A stretch of 64,000 nt of DNA from a virus (Duplodnaviria; Caudoviricetes), in IMG/VR virus record IMGVR_UViG_3300020576_004709, positions 9,819-73,818 of that record; one strand, written 5' to 3'. Position numbers and translations under genes: made by a program. The stretch's first letter is position 1, and the number at the start of each line of letters is the position of its first letter. The notes beneath the pieces are model-generated. The model did not search any database. It saw only the letters and a list, made by a program, of their open reading frames with translations, and was not told the origin of the DNA. Shown piece by piece: positions 16,863 to 25,428 of this stretch.

Positions 16863-17216
16863 TCAGACCCGGCCGCGAACGTGAACCAGATCCACGAGCG
16901 CGTCGAGCACGGGGTACTTGTTGCCCGCGTCGATCCGCCAGACGCCGAGCCGCACCTTGTTGATGTTCGTGAGGAACAGTTCCGATTCGGCCTTCGTCAC
17001 CGGCACGCGGATCTTGCCGGCTGCGTTGACCGTCGGCGTCACGGCCGGGTGCGCCCAATACGTTTCGGTCGCGTCGTCCGGCCCGAACCGCCCTTGCAGC
17101 GTGTAGCTGGCGACGTCGGCCGGGAGCGATCCGTACTTCGGGTCGAAGTCGAATTCGAGTTCCTGATCCGCGCCCCAATAGAGCACCTGACGCGGCAGCA
17201 CGTTTTCGATGGACAT
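16863..17216 (-). CDS. small virion/baseplate-type beta protein (BppU N-terminal-like, weak)
   Basis: ELEFDFD...DVASYTLQG...GKIRVPVTKAES. Confidence 0.55.
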   Translation of the reverse strand: MSIENVLPRQVLYWGADQELEFDFDPKYGSLPADVASYTLQGRFGPDDATETYWAHPAVTPTVNAAGKIRVPVTKAESELFLTNINKVRLGVWRIDAGNKYPVLDALVDLVHVRGRV

Positions 17217-17318
17217 GACTCAGTGCCACTTTCTGAGGATGTTGGACCAGGCGTACCAGGCCGAGGCGACCGGGGCGGCCGGTGCGAACCACCCTGACTG
17301 AATAGGGAGTCGATCGGT

Positions 17319-18968
17319 CTACGTCGAACGCGGGACCGACGGCAGCAACCAGACGGACACCGGGTTCCCGGCGAGCGACCACGTCCCCGAGACGACGTAA
17401 TCGGGGACGAACAGCGGTATGAGAGCGTGCAACTCGGCCGGGCCAGCGACCAGCGAGACGGCCGCCGTTCGAACCGAACCGGAGAAAATCGCCGAGGCCG
17501 CGAGGGAAGCGCCGCCCGAGACGAGGACAACCGCCGCGGTAAACGACACGTTCGAGGTCGTCACCGCCGCCGCGAGCACGGCCGGCGGTGCGGCCAGCGC
17601 GACGGAGGCCGAGTAGACGGGCTTGGCGAAGCTCGCGATCGACGCCAGGCTCGCGGGACCGGCCGCCAGCGCCGCCGAGGCGGTGTAGGCCGGCTTGTTG
17701 AAATCCACCAACGCGGCGAACGTGGCCGGGCCGACGGTGAGGGTCGCGACCGCCGCGTAAGTCGGCTTGGCGAACGTTGCGGCCGCGCTCAGGGTCGCCC
17801 CGGCCGCGTTCAGGGACACCGCCGCCGAGTACACCGGCTTCGAGAACGTGGCGGCCGCCGCCAGCGCCGCCGGGCCGCAGGTGAACGAGGCCGCAGCGGT
17901 GAACGATGGCTTCGTAAACGTGCTGGACGCCGCGAGGACGGCGGGGGCGGCCGCGAGCGAGGCGACCGCGCTGTACGTCGGCTTCGTGAAGGTCGCGGAC
18001 GCGGCGAAGGCGATCGACCCGGCGGCGAACGTCGCCGAGGCCGTGTACGAGGGCTTGGTGAACTTCGAGGTCGCGGCCAGCGCCGCGTGGCCGGCCAGGA
18101 GCGCGGCCGATGACGTGTAGCTCGGTTTCGTGAACGTCGCCGAGGCCGCGAGAGCCGCCTTGCCCGCCGTGAGTCCGACGGTTGCCGTGAAAACGGTGTT
18201 GGGCGCCTTCGTCGATCGCTTCGGCGGGTGAGGAGTGACGAACGCAAAAGGCGACCGCGCCCAAGCCTCCATCTGCCCCCAGGAGAGCGAGCCGTGCAGC
18301 ACGGCGGCCATGTACACCGGGCCGCACCACTGGCGGGAAGTATCGAACGAATCGACCCCGATGTACCAATCGCTGATGGTCGGGGTCGACCATGTCTGAT
18401 TCGTCGAATACCGCTTGCCGTTCATCCAGATTCGGACGTCGCCGTTCGGTGCCTGAGTGCCCGCCAACGCGATGACTTTCTCGCGGTCCGGCGTTAGCTG
18501 AGTGTCCTGCGCCCACCCGCCCCATCCCTTCGTCGAAATCGTCAGCGTCGCCGATCCGAACGTCCACATGAGGCCGTTCAGACCGTCGGACCGGGTCATG
18601 ATGAGACACCGGTTGCTGCTGGTTCCCCCGGCGGTGGGATAGCGGAAGAGGCCGAGGAAGCTGATGCCACGGGAATACACCGTGCGCCGAAGGCCCGTGC
18701 AGTTCGCGTAGTTTCCGCTCGTCGTGTTCAGGTCGAGACAGGGGATTCCGTCGGGCGAACCGTTCCACTTCGCCCGGCTGGATTCCGTGGCGTGCATCGT
18801 GATCGGAGTAGAGACACCGCTAACCAAATCCGTGATCCGACCGCCGGCCCCCTCGTTGAACAGCCAGCAGGCCGAAACGAGGTTCCCGACCGGGTTCAAC
18901 CGGTTGATGACCGCCATTCCTCGCGGCGGCTTCGTTCGCCCACCGGCGGGAAGACGCGGCGTAATCAT
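17319..18968 (-). CDS. tail/receptor-binding protein: LamG (ConA-like) domain plus 24-aa Ala/Ser/Thr repeats
   Basis: LVSACWLFNEGAGGRITDLVSG..., IWMNG, IGVDSF..WCGPVYMAAV; eight F-x-K-P-x-Y repeats. Confidence 0.8.
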   Translation of the reverse strand: MITPRLPAGGRTKPPRGMAVINRLNPVGNLVSACWLFNEGAGGRITDLVSGVSTPITMHATESSRAKWNGSPDGIPCLDLNTTSGNYANCTGLRRTVYSRGISFLGLFRYPTAGGTSSNRCLIMTRSDGLNGLMWTFGSATLTISTKGWGGWAQDTQLTPDREKVIALAGTQAPNGDVRIWMNGKRYSTNQTWSTPTISDWYIGVDSFDTSRQWCGPVYMAAVLHGSLSWGQMEAWARSPFAFVTPHPPKRSTKAPNTVFTATVGLTAGKAALAASATFTKPSYTSSAALLAGHAALAATSKFTKPSYTASATFAAGSIAFAASATFTKPTYSAVASLAAAPAVLAASSTFTKPSFTAAASFTCGPAALAAAATFSKPVYSAAVSLNAAGATLSAAATFAKPTYAAVATLTVGPATFAALVDFNKPAYTASAALAAGPASLASIASFAKPVYSASVALAAPPAVLAAAVTTSNVSFTAAVVLVSGGASLAASAIFSGSVRTAAVSLVAGPAELHALIPLFVPDYVVSGTWSLAGNPVSVWLLPSVPRST

Positions 18969-19582
18969 GTAATGGTGTCGGAATCGTAGGTTTGGGCGAG
19001 GCAGTGAAAGACGAGGGATTGGCCGCTGTTGTTGACCGGCGTGATTTCGTAGACGTCGCCGCCGGGCAACCAGATCGGAGCGCCGACGTCCGCTTGGTTC
19101 GTGACGCGGTCCCCGCTGTTGTGGGTGACGAGAAAGTTCCGATCGGTCGCGATGGTCGCGCTCGTCAGGTCGATAACCTTCACGAACTCGACGCGGTTCG
19201 CGCTCGTGTCGTCGGAGTGCAGGCAGGCCCACTGGTCGGCGGCGTAGCCGGTGCCGGAGGCCAGGACGACAGTATTCGTTCCCGACGTCCCGCCGCTGGA
19301 AACCGTCGTCGAGTTGGCCGCGACGATCGACGACACGAAATCGAAGGCGGAATTCGGGAACTGGAACGATGCGTTTTGATTGTGCGACCGGCGAATCGCG
19401 ATGTACCCCGAGCGAGTCAGGGCAGTCGCGGCACGCCGGCCGATCATGGGGTAGAGAAACGCCCCGAACTTCGTCTTCAAGTCGAGCGTTTGAAGGGTGC
19501 CGAGCGTGAGTCCCGACGCGAGAACTAACGGCGCGATAACCGTGCTGAAAGTCGGAGAGGTTGGAGTGACCACGTTCGGCAT
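18965..19582 (-). CDS. putative tail/virion protein
   Basis: Thr/Ser/Gly-rich beta-type composition; coupled to the LamG gene. Confidence 0.65.
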   Translation of the reverse strand: MPNVVTPTSPTFSTVIAPLVLASGLTLGTLQTLDLKTKFGAFLYPMIGRRAATALTRSGYIAIRRSHNQNASFQFPNSAFDFVSSIVAANSTTVSSGGTSGTNTVVLASGTGYAADQWACLHSDDTSANRVEFVKVIDLTSATIATDRNFLVTHNSGDRVTNQADVGAPIWLPGGDVYEITPVNNSGQSLVFHCLAQTYDSDTIT

Positions 19583-19592
19583 CGGGCGATCC

Positions 19593-19913
19593 TTACGGCG
19601 ACGGCGGCAAGAGGTTCCACTGCTGGACGGTCACGTTCGGCGCGACTTGCTGGACCGTCAGCGGGACCGGGACGTAGGGCGACTGGTAGCCGGGCACCGA
19701 GGCCGACGCCGTCCGCCAACCGCTGTAGGTGAACTGCGGCCCCATCGTCTGGAGCGAGTTGGCCACGTTCGTCATTTGCTCGTTGACCGCGTTCCGCACG
19801 GCCACCGCGCCGGCCGAGACGCCCATCACCATCACGCCGGCGAGCAACGTCCATTCGACGGCGAGGATTGCTCCCGCGTCGTCGTTCCACAGTTTTCGCA
19901 GCAATCGGAGCAT
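19593..19913 (-). CDS. Flp/type IVb pilin, planctomycete type
   Basis: KLWNDDAG|AILAVEWTLLAGVMVMGVSAGAVAVRNAVNEQMTNVANSL: prepilin G cleavage site, Glu at +6, hydrophobic helix. Confidence 0.8.
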   Translation of the reverse strand: MLRLLRKLWNDDAGAILAVEWTLLAGVMVMGVSAGAVAVRNAVNEQMTNVANSLQTMGPQFTYSGWRTASASVPGYQSPYVPVPLTVQQVAPNVTVQQWNLLPPSP

Positions 19914-19948
19914 GGTGACTACCTTCTTCGTTCGCCGGCAAGGGGGAA

Positions 19949-20413
19949 TCAGCGGAGTCGATCGAGCGTTGCCGGTTCCCGCCCGAGGTCGAGTTCCTTC
20001 AAGTGCCAGAGCAGGTGGAACGCGGCGTCCCGCAGTTCCTTTTGCTCGGCCGGGATCGTGTCGAACAATCCCTGCATGGCCGCGATCTCGTGCGACCACG
20101 GAATCAGTTCGTCGAGTTGCTCGCGGTGCGCGTCTTCGAGCGGGACGAGGTCGTACACCGTCTCCGTTCGAGGCTCGCCGGCCGCGACCCGCCGCAGGAG
20201 CTTCAACCGGTCGCCGTCGGTCCGCGTCGAGGCCGGCAGTTCCCACCAGTGGTCGACGGCCACGAGACACGCGAGCATCGAGTCGCGCACCGGACCCGGC
20301 GCGGAGGCCGCGAGTTGGCGGTAGCGATCCAACGATTCGTCGGTCAGGACCGGTGCCAGGCACGCGAAGGGGATCGGCTTGCCTTCGAGTTTCGCCGCGG
20401 CTGATTCGCTCAT
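19949..20413 (-). CDS. hypothetical protein
   Basis: 154-aa ORF tiled in the operon. Confidence 0.7.
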   Translation of the reverse strand: MSESAAAKLEGKPIPFACLAPVLTDESLDRYRQLAASAPGPVRDSMLACLVAVDHWWELPASTRTDGDRLKLLRRVAAGEPRTETVYDLVPLEDAHREQLDELIPWSHEIAAMQGLFDTIPAEQKELRDAAFHLLWHLKELDLGREPATLDRLR

Positions 20414-20430
20414 TGGTTGTCCCCACCCCG

Positions 20431-20871
20431 TTAGCTGATCGGCATGGTGTGCGTCGCCGACGAGACGGCGATAATTCCGCCCGCGACGACGACCGAGTTA
20501 TCGAAGTTGAAATCCCCGCTTCCTTGCCCGCACGTCGCGTCCGAGTGGATCGCGGCCCCGCTCGTCAGCAGCCGCGCGTGGCCGGCGGTCCCGCTGTTGT
20601 CCGCGCTCGTGTCCGACGTGATCGCGTTGGCGGTCGCGACCCCCGTCGACGAGGCCCCGAACGCCGTCGAGTTGAACGTCAGCGTGCCGAGGAGCGTGCC
20701 CTGCGCGGCGTCGCCGACGTTGGTCGGGACGCTGCCGGTTCGGATCTGGATCGTGCCGGAGTTGAGGAGCGCGACCCCCGCATCGTTCATCGCGTTGCGG
20801 GTGGCCGTCGCGAGTCGGTACGAGAGACCGCCAGCGAGCAGGGCGAGGATGAGGACGGCGATGAAGGACAT
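20431..20871 (-). CDS. phage structural protein (IQIRTG..P..GTLLGTL...A..SGTAGHARL family) with a hydrophobic N-terminal extension
   Basis: Recognisable tail-associated motif set. Confidence 0.75.
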   Translation of the reverse strand: MSFIAVLILALLAGGLSYRLATATRNAMNDAGVALLNSGTIQIRTGSVPTNVGDAAQGTLLGTLTFNSTAFGASSTGVATANAITSDTSADNSGTAGHARLLTSGAAIHSDATCGQGSGDFNFDNSVVVAGGIIAVSSATHTMPIS

Positions 20872-20903
20872 GGCTTTGGCCCACCCAGGTCACCGGGCTT
20901 GTG

Positions 20904-21173
20904 TCAGCCGGCCGGTTTCCCTGAGTCTACCGATTTGGCCACCGTCTCGCCAGCCGCCGGCGGGGATTTCGATTTGACTTCGAGGGGGATCGCGACGAAC
21001 TTGCCGCACTTCGGATTGCAACCGTTCGACCGGCAGACGACGCCCTCGACCTTGAGGTTGTTGAAGGTCATGCCCGCGTTGCAGACCCGCCAGACGTGCG
21101 CGTGGCCGAGTCCGGTGTCCATCCGCTCCTGACCGGTCAGTTCCCGACCCTCGTTCTTGCAGAATGGTTCCAT
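20904..21173 (-). CDS. small Cys/His-rich protein
   Basis: FCKN...HAHVWRVC...VCRSNGCNPKCGK. Confidence 0.55.
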   Translation of the reverse strand: MEPFCKNEGRELTGQERMDTGLGHAHVWRVCNAGMTFNNLKVEGVVCRSNGCNPKCGKFVAIPLEVKSKSPPAAGETVAKSVDSGKPAG

Positions 21174-21175
21174 GG

Positions 21176-21550
21176 CTAAAGCTCCTCGGCGAATAGTACG
21201 GTCATGTTGAACATCGCGCCCCAATCGGGATGCCGCCAAATGAGGTCGCGCCATTCGTTTTGCATCTTCTCCAACTCGTTATAGGCCCTCGCCCCGTCGC
21301 CCTTCTTGTAATCGGCCTCGGCCTGACGGTAGGCCGCCGAGCCGATCGGCCCCTTCGTCGAGGCGTGGGCCGAACGCTCGAACTTGAAGCTCGCGATCTT
21401 CACCTGAGACTGGCCGGCGATCTCCCGGAGCCGGAGCCGGTCGACCCGATCGGCGTAGCTCGAATGGAAGTTGCCGGCGGCGAGCGCCAGCAGGCAGACG
21501 GCCGAGACCGCGCAGCCGAATCGAACCGAGAAGGGAGTGCGTTCGTTCAT
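21176..21550 (-). CDS. membrane-anchored hypothetical protein
   Basis: FGCAVSAVCLLALAAG hydrophobic stretch. Confidence 0.6.
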   Translation of the reverse strand: MNERTPFSVRFGCAVSAVCLLALAAGNFHSSYADRVDRLRLREIAGQSQVKIASFKFERSAHASTKGPIGSAAYRQAEADYKKGDGARAYNELEKMQNEWRDLIWRHPDWGAMFNMTVLFAEEL

Positions 21551-21570
21551 GGTGAGACCCTCGAAAAACC

Positions 21571-22254
21571 TCATACTTGGATTCGGTAGTTGCCGGGCGG
21601 TCCGGGGTTCGCCGACTTGTAGGCGGCCGTCATGTCGCGCTGGCCGCTCAGGTGGAAATCGGAGAAACCCCAGGTGTAAACGTAGAAGACTTCATCCGGT
21701 TCATTCGCTCCGATCTTCCGGGGATTGCATTTGAGGTTCATTTTTGCCCAGGAATCCGCCGCCGCGTCGTGGCCGTGCGAAGTGTCCGAGTACCGGCCGA
21801 ACATGGATGACAGCTTGTAGGCGCTCGCGTGGTGCATGACGCCCTTGCCGTCGAGAACGCGATCTTGGCCGTTCTGGTGGAACCAGACCATGCCGGGATT
21901 CCAGTATTCGAATCCTTCCAGGTGCTTCGCGCTCGACTTCATCCGGTGGGGCAACGAACGATCGTCGTCTTCCCACATCATGCCGATTTCCGCGCCGCGG
22001 TGCCGCGCGAGGGCGATCATGATGTTGCATTTCACGCCGAGCGACGTCGCCCGCTCGCCCATGTTGACGCACCAAACATTCGGATGGCGGCAGGTCAGGA
22101 CGTGTCCGGGCGCATCGTTCGCGACGATCAGGATTCGGCGGTCGGCCGGGTAGTCCTGATCCAAGAAGTCCCGGACGGCGTCCTTGATAAGCTCGGGCTG
22201 GCGCGACGCGCGGCCGAACGTCGGCATCAGGGCGGCGATCATGGGCGGCGTCAT
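21571..22254 (-). CDS. glycosyltransferase family 2
   Basis: AALMPTFGR...FLDQDYP...VAND...SLGVKCN...MWEDDD (DxD-type). Confidence 0.85.
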   Translation of the reverse strand: MTPPMIAALMPTFGRASRQPELIKDAVRDFLDQDYPADRRILIVANDAPGHVLTCRHPNVWCVNMGERATSLGVKCNIMIALARHRGAEIGMMWEDDDRSLPHRMKSSAKHLEGFEYWNPGMVWFHQNGQDRVLDGKGVMHHASAYKLSSMFGRYSDTSHGHDAAADSWAKMNLKCNPRKIGANEPDEVFYVYTWGFSDFHLSGQRDMTAAYKSANPGPPGNYRIQV

Positions 22255-22496
22255 CGGCGGTTCCTTCGATGGGCTTGTTCGGCGACGATGTCGAAGAACT
22301 CGACCCGCTTGCCTTCCAGTTGCAACCGCAGGTCGCGGATTTCGACGGCCAGGACGTCGACGCGGCGTTCCAGTTCTTCGTCGGTCTGCGGGGCCGGCTG
22401 CGAATAGACGCCGTGGATCGCCGGATCGTAGGACGGCGCGTCGACCCATTCCTTGCCGGTCCAGATGTAGCCGCATTGTCCGGTTGCCGCGCTCAT
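22251..22496 (-). CDS. hypothetical protein
   Basis: Coupled small ORF. Confidence 0.55.
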   Translation of the reverse strand: MSAATGQCGYIWTGKEWVDAPSYDPAIHGVYSQPAPQTDEELERRVDVLAVEIRDLRLQLEGKRVEFFDIVAEQAHRRNRR

Positions 22497-22500
22497 CCGA

Positions 22501-22725
22501 TCAGTTCCTCCAGACTCCCGGTTCGACCCGGCCCGCGATGTTCGAAGCGATGATGCGTTCGGCGTCGTTGATGGACTTGCGAAAATCGTTGACGTCGTCC
22601 GCGTCGACGGTCCCCAACTCGACGAAAGCGTTCCAGGCCGCAACCAGATGGTCCAGAACCTTCCGTTCCGCGACCGTGAATCCATGCCCGGTTTCTTCTT
22701 GGGTCGGCGTTTCTTCGTCAGCCAT
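22501..22725 (-). CDS. hypothetical protein
   Basis: GGAGG RBS; HLVAAWNAFVEL...DFRKSINDAERII. Confidence 0.65.
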   Translation of the reverse strand: MADEETPTQEETGHGFTVAERKVLDHLVAAWNAFVELGTVDADDVNDFRKSINDAERIIASNIAGRVEPGVWRN

Positions 22726-22978
22726 GTTTGCCTCCCTGATCCCGCTTCTCGATCCCGCGCTGCTGCAACTTCAGCATCGCGTAATGGACATGGGTTTCCA
22801 GCGGTTCCAGGCTGAAATCTTCCCAAGCCCGCTTGGGCGGCATCAGCAGGAATTCGACGACTTCGGTCAGGTCGCCCGACCAAAGGGACACGGTTATCAT
22901 CGTCGGGGCTTTGGTCGTGTCGATGCTGAACCGGCGGTCCGTGCAACGCGACTTCCAAGTCATCAGCTTTTCGAACAC
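22718..22978 (-). CDS. hypothetical protein
   Basis: Tiled small ORF with GAGG RBS. Confidence 0.55.
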   Translation of the reverse strand: MFEKLMTWKSRCTDRRFSIDTTKAPTMITVSLWSGDLTEVVEFLLMPPKRAWEDFSLEPLETHVHYAMLKLQQRGIEKRDQGGKHG

Positions 22979-22985
22979 GGCAACC

Positions 22986-23123
22986 TCACCGGGCGAAGAA
23001 GAAATGGTAGATCGCCATGCCCAGCGCGACGGCCAAGACGATCAGGAAGATCAGCAGGAACAGGCAGCGGCGCAGGTCGCGTTCCAACGCGCGGCCGAAG
23101 TCGATGAAGGTAACGCGGCTCAT
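22986..23123 (-). CDS. small single-TM protein
   Basis: Read by hand: MSRVTFIDFGRALERDLRRCLFLLIFLIVLAVALGMAIYHFFFAR; ATGA overlap. Confidence 0.55.
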   Translation of the reverse strand: MSRVTFIDFGRALERDLRRCLFLLIFLIVLAVALGMAIYHFFFAR

Positions 23124-23440
23124 TTCAATTCCTTCGCGGCGAAGTTCCGGCAAAGTTCTTGAAGCTCCGGATGCTTGGGGTTGACCCAGCGGTCGTCCCC
23201 GACGTCGCAGACCTTGATCTTGTCAGCATACGCGGCCGGGATTTGCTTCGCAAACTTGCCTTCCATGACGACGACGACTTCCGCCCAGCGGCAAAGCGTG
23301 TCCATCAGTTCCGGGCCGGCCGTCGACCAGCCGATGCAGACCGCGTCGCGCTCGAATTCTTCCTTCAGAACCCAAGCCATCGCCGCGCTACGACTGTTCC
23401 CCCGCAGGCAGACCGCCAGAATCCGCTGCGGGGACATCAC
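23120..23440 (-). CDS. low-molecular-weight phosphatase (LMW-PTP/ArsC fold)
   Basis: ILAVCLRGNSRS = C-x5-R-S P-loop; WAEVVVVME; DDRWVNP. Confidence 0.75.
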   Translation of the reverse strand: MMSPQRILAVCLRGNSRSAAMAWVLKEEFERDAVCIGWSTAGPELMDTLCRWAEVVVVMEGKFAKQIPAAYADKIKVCDVGDDRWVNPKHPELQELCRNFAAKELK

Positions 23441-25380
23441 TGTTTTTGGACGGGGTTCCCGTCTTCATCCTTTTTCCACGTCCCGATGGGGCATTCCTCG
23501 GCCGCCCAACTGGCCTTCTTCTGGACCGGACAGCCGCATTTGCCGCAGACATCGGCGAAGCGCTGCGGGCAGACCAGGCAAAGCTCGATCCGCCGATTGT
23601 ATTCGCCCTCGGACGTCGGCGCGGCCCCGTTCGCCGCGTGCCGGACGACGGCCCGGAAGAAGCCCAACGCCTGGCGGGCGATGTTCGGCGGCGCGGTCTT
23701 GTCCCGGTCGTCGCGGCTGATGACCGTCAGGCCGTTGTTGTTGCGGTCCCGGCGGATCATCGTCCATTCGGGATGTTCGACGAGCCAGCGGCGGATCGCC
23801 GGCATCACGCCGGGCTTGTCGCCGTACAGTTCCCCGAAAATCTCGGTGTCGTGGAAGACGATGTAGCGCGAGACCTTCGGCGCGTGCAGGCTCAGTTCCG
23901 CGTACACCCGCTCGGCCGTGTGCGGGTCGGTGTCGACGAGGAGCACGTCGCAATCCTCGGCCTCGCCCTTCGTCGTGTCGGCCGCCCGCATTTCGTACCG
24001 CGTGCCGGGCAAGTCGCGCGCGACGTACTTCGCGAGCTTCCGGGCCTTCGCCGTGTTGACGAGGTCGTAAGTCACCAGGCTCGCCGGCTTGCCCGCGAGC
24101 AGGGCCGTCGTGCTGACGCCGAATCGCGTGCCCAACTCGACGACGCGGGCCGTCGGTCCGACCGTCTCGACGAGCGCCCGCAGCGTGGGCAAATGCTCGT
24201 TGATGTCGGACGGCTCGGCGCAGACGCGGGCGAACTCGACTTCGAGCACGTCGCCCTCGGCGAGCGGGGCATCGGCGGCCTTCGCGTTCTCCGCGCACGG
24301 CGTGTTCGGTTGGCACGGCGTCTTGGCCGGTCCCGCGAATACCGGGAACGCGACCGGCGGCGGCTGGACGGCCGGCGCGTGCGGGTCGCCGCGGAGCGCG
24401 GCTTCGGTCCACGAAGCCGGCACGAGGCCCGTCCCGATGAAGTGTTCCCGCAAGCGAGTCGGATCGAGGCCGAGTTCCGCGTGCCCGAGTTCGTAGTTGC
24501 GGTACTTCTGCCAGAGCGTGATGGGGTACTGGACGCCGCCGGGCCGCGCGAAGCGGTGCGACCACAGCATTCCCGAGACGCACCAGACCTTCCGCCCGGC
24601 CTTGCGAAACTTCTCGTGGATGTACCATTCCTCGCCGCCGAATCCCGTGAAGCTGGGGTTGAACCCCAGGAACGACGACTTGCGGCACGCGAAGAGGCCC
24701 ATGCCCTGCGCCGGGATCTCGAACCACTTCGCGACGGGCTTCGGCAATTCCGGCTGGTGCTTCGGCACCTTGTAGACCTGTTGCGTCTCCGGGTGGATAC
24801 GCTCCTCGAAGTCGGTCGACGTCTCCCAAAGCATCTTGGGGAAGGCGTTGAAATCCCGCTGCCACCGCCCCCACATTTGCGACGGGCGGCGCTCGGTCCG
24901 CTTCTCCTTCGTGTTCGGGTCCGTGATCTCGACGTCGTCGATCGGCCAGACGTCTTCGAAGTGGGTCGCCAGTTCGACGAAGTTGTCCATCAGCAGCGGG
25001 CCGTGAACCAGATCCTCGCTCTTCGGGTTCGCGTGGTAGAACTCGGCCAGCGATTCGAGAGCGCCGGCCGCGAGCATGATATGGGAGTCCATGCAGACGA
25101 CGTGTTCGAACCGCGCCTGCTCGAAAACCTGCTGCTTGGCGAGCGCCGGCCCCTTCGGTTCGGGGAACCGGACGTACCGCACGCCCGGGCACTGGTTGCA
25201 GAAGTCCCGCGTCGTGCGGCCTTGATCGGAATCGGGGTTGTTGTCGATGACGATAATCTCGGCAATCCGCCGGCTGAAATACAGCCGCAGCGCCTGCAAC
25301 GTCATCCAGACCCCGTTGAAGTCGTCGTAAACCGGCATACCGACGCTGAAACGCAAACCGGACATGGGGCACTTCTCCAT
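23437..25380 (-). CDS. GT2 glycosyltransferase + SAM methyltransferase (Methyltransf_24-like) + C-terminal Cys-rich DUF6171-like domain
   Basis: SVGMPVYDD...IIVIDNNP...VCMDSH; VVELGTRFGVST...LVDTDPH...VFHDT; RRIELCLVCP...CGKCGCPVQKKA...CPIGTW. Confidence 0.85.
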   Translation of the reverse strand: MEKCPMSGLRFSVGMPVYDDFNGVWMTLQALRLYFSRRIAEIIVIDNNPDSDQGRTTRDFCNQCPGVRYVRFPEPKGPALAKQQVFEQARFEHVVCMDSHIMLAAGALESLAEFYHANPKSEDLVHGPLLMDNFVELATHFEDVWPIDDVEITDPNTKEKRTERRPSQMWGRWQRDFNAFPKMLWETSTDFEERIHPETQQVYKVPKHQPELPKPVAKWFEIPAQGMGLFACRKSSFLGFNPSFTGFGGEEWYIHEKFRKAGRKVWCVSGMLWSHRFARPGGVQYPITLWQKYRNYELGHAELGLDPTRLREHFIGTGLVPASWTEAALRGDPHAPAVQPPPVAFPVFAGPAKTPCQPNTPCAENAKAADAPLAEGDVLEVEFARVCAEPSDINEHLPTLRALVETVGPTARVVELGTRFGVSTTALLAGKPASLVTYDLVNTAKARKLAKYVARDLPGTRYEMRAADTTKGEAEDCDVLLVDTDPHTAERVYAELSLHAPKVSRYIVFHDTEIFGELYGDKPGVMPAIRRWLVEHPEWTMIRRDRNNNGLTVISRDDRDKTAPPNIARQALGFFRAVVRHAANGAAPTSEGEYNRRIELCLVCPQRFADVCGKCGCPVQKKASWAAEECPIGTWKKDEDGNPVQKQ

Positions 25381-25428
25381 TGGTAAAACGGTCACAATTC
25401 ACGGCGGATCTTCGCCGCCTCCGGGTTC

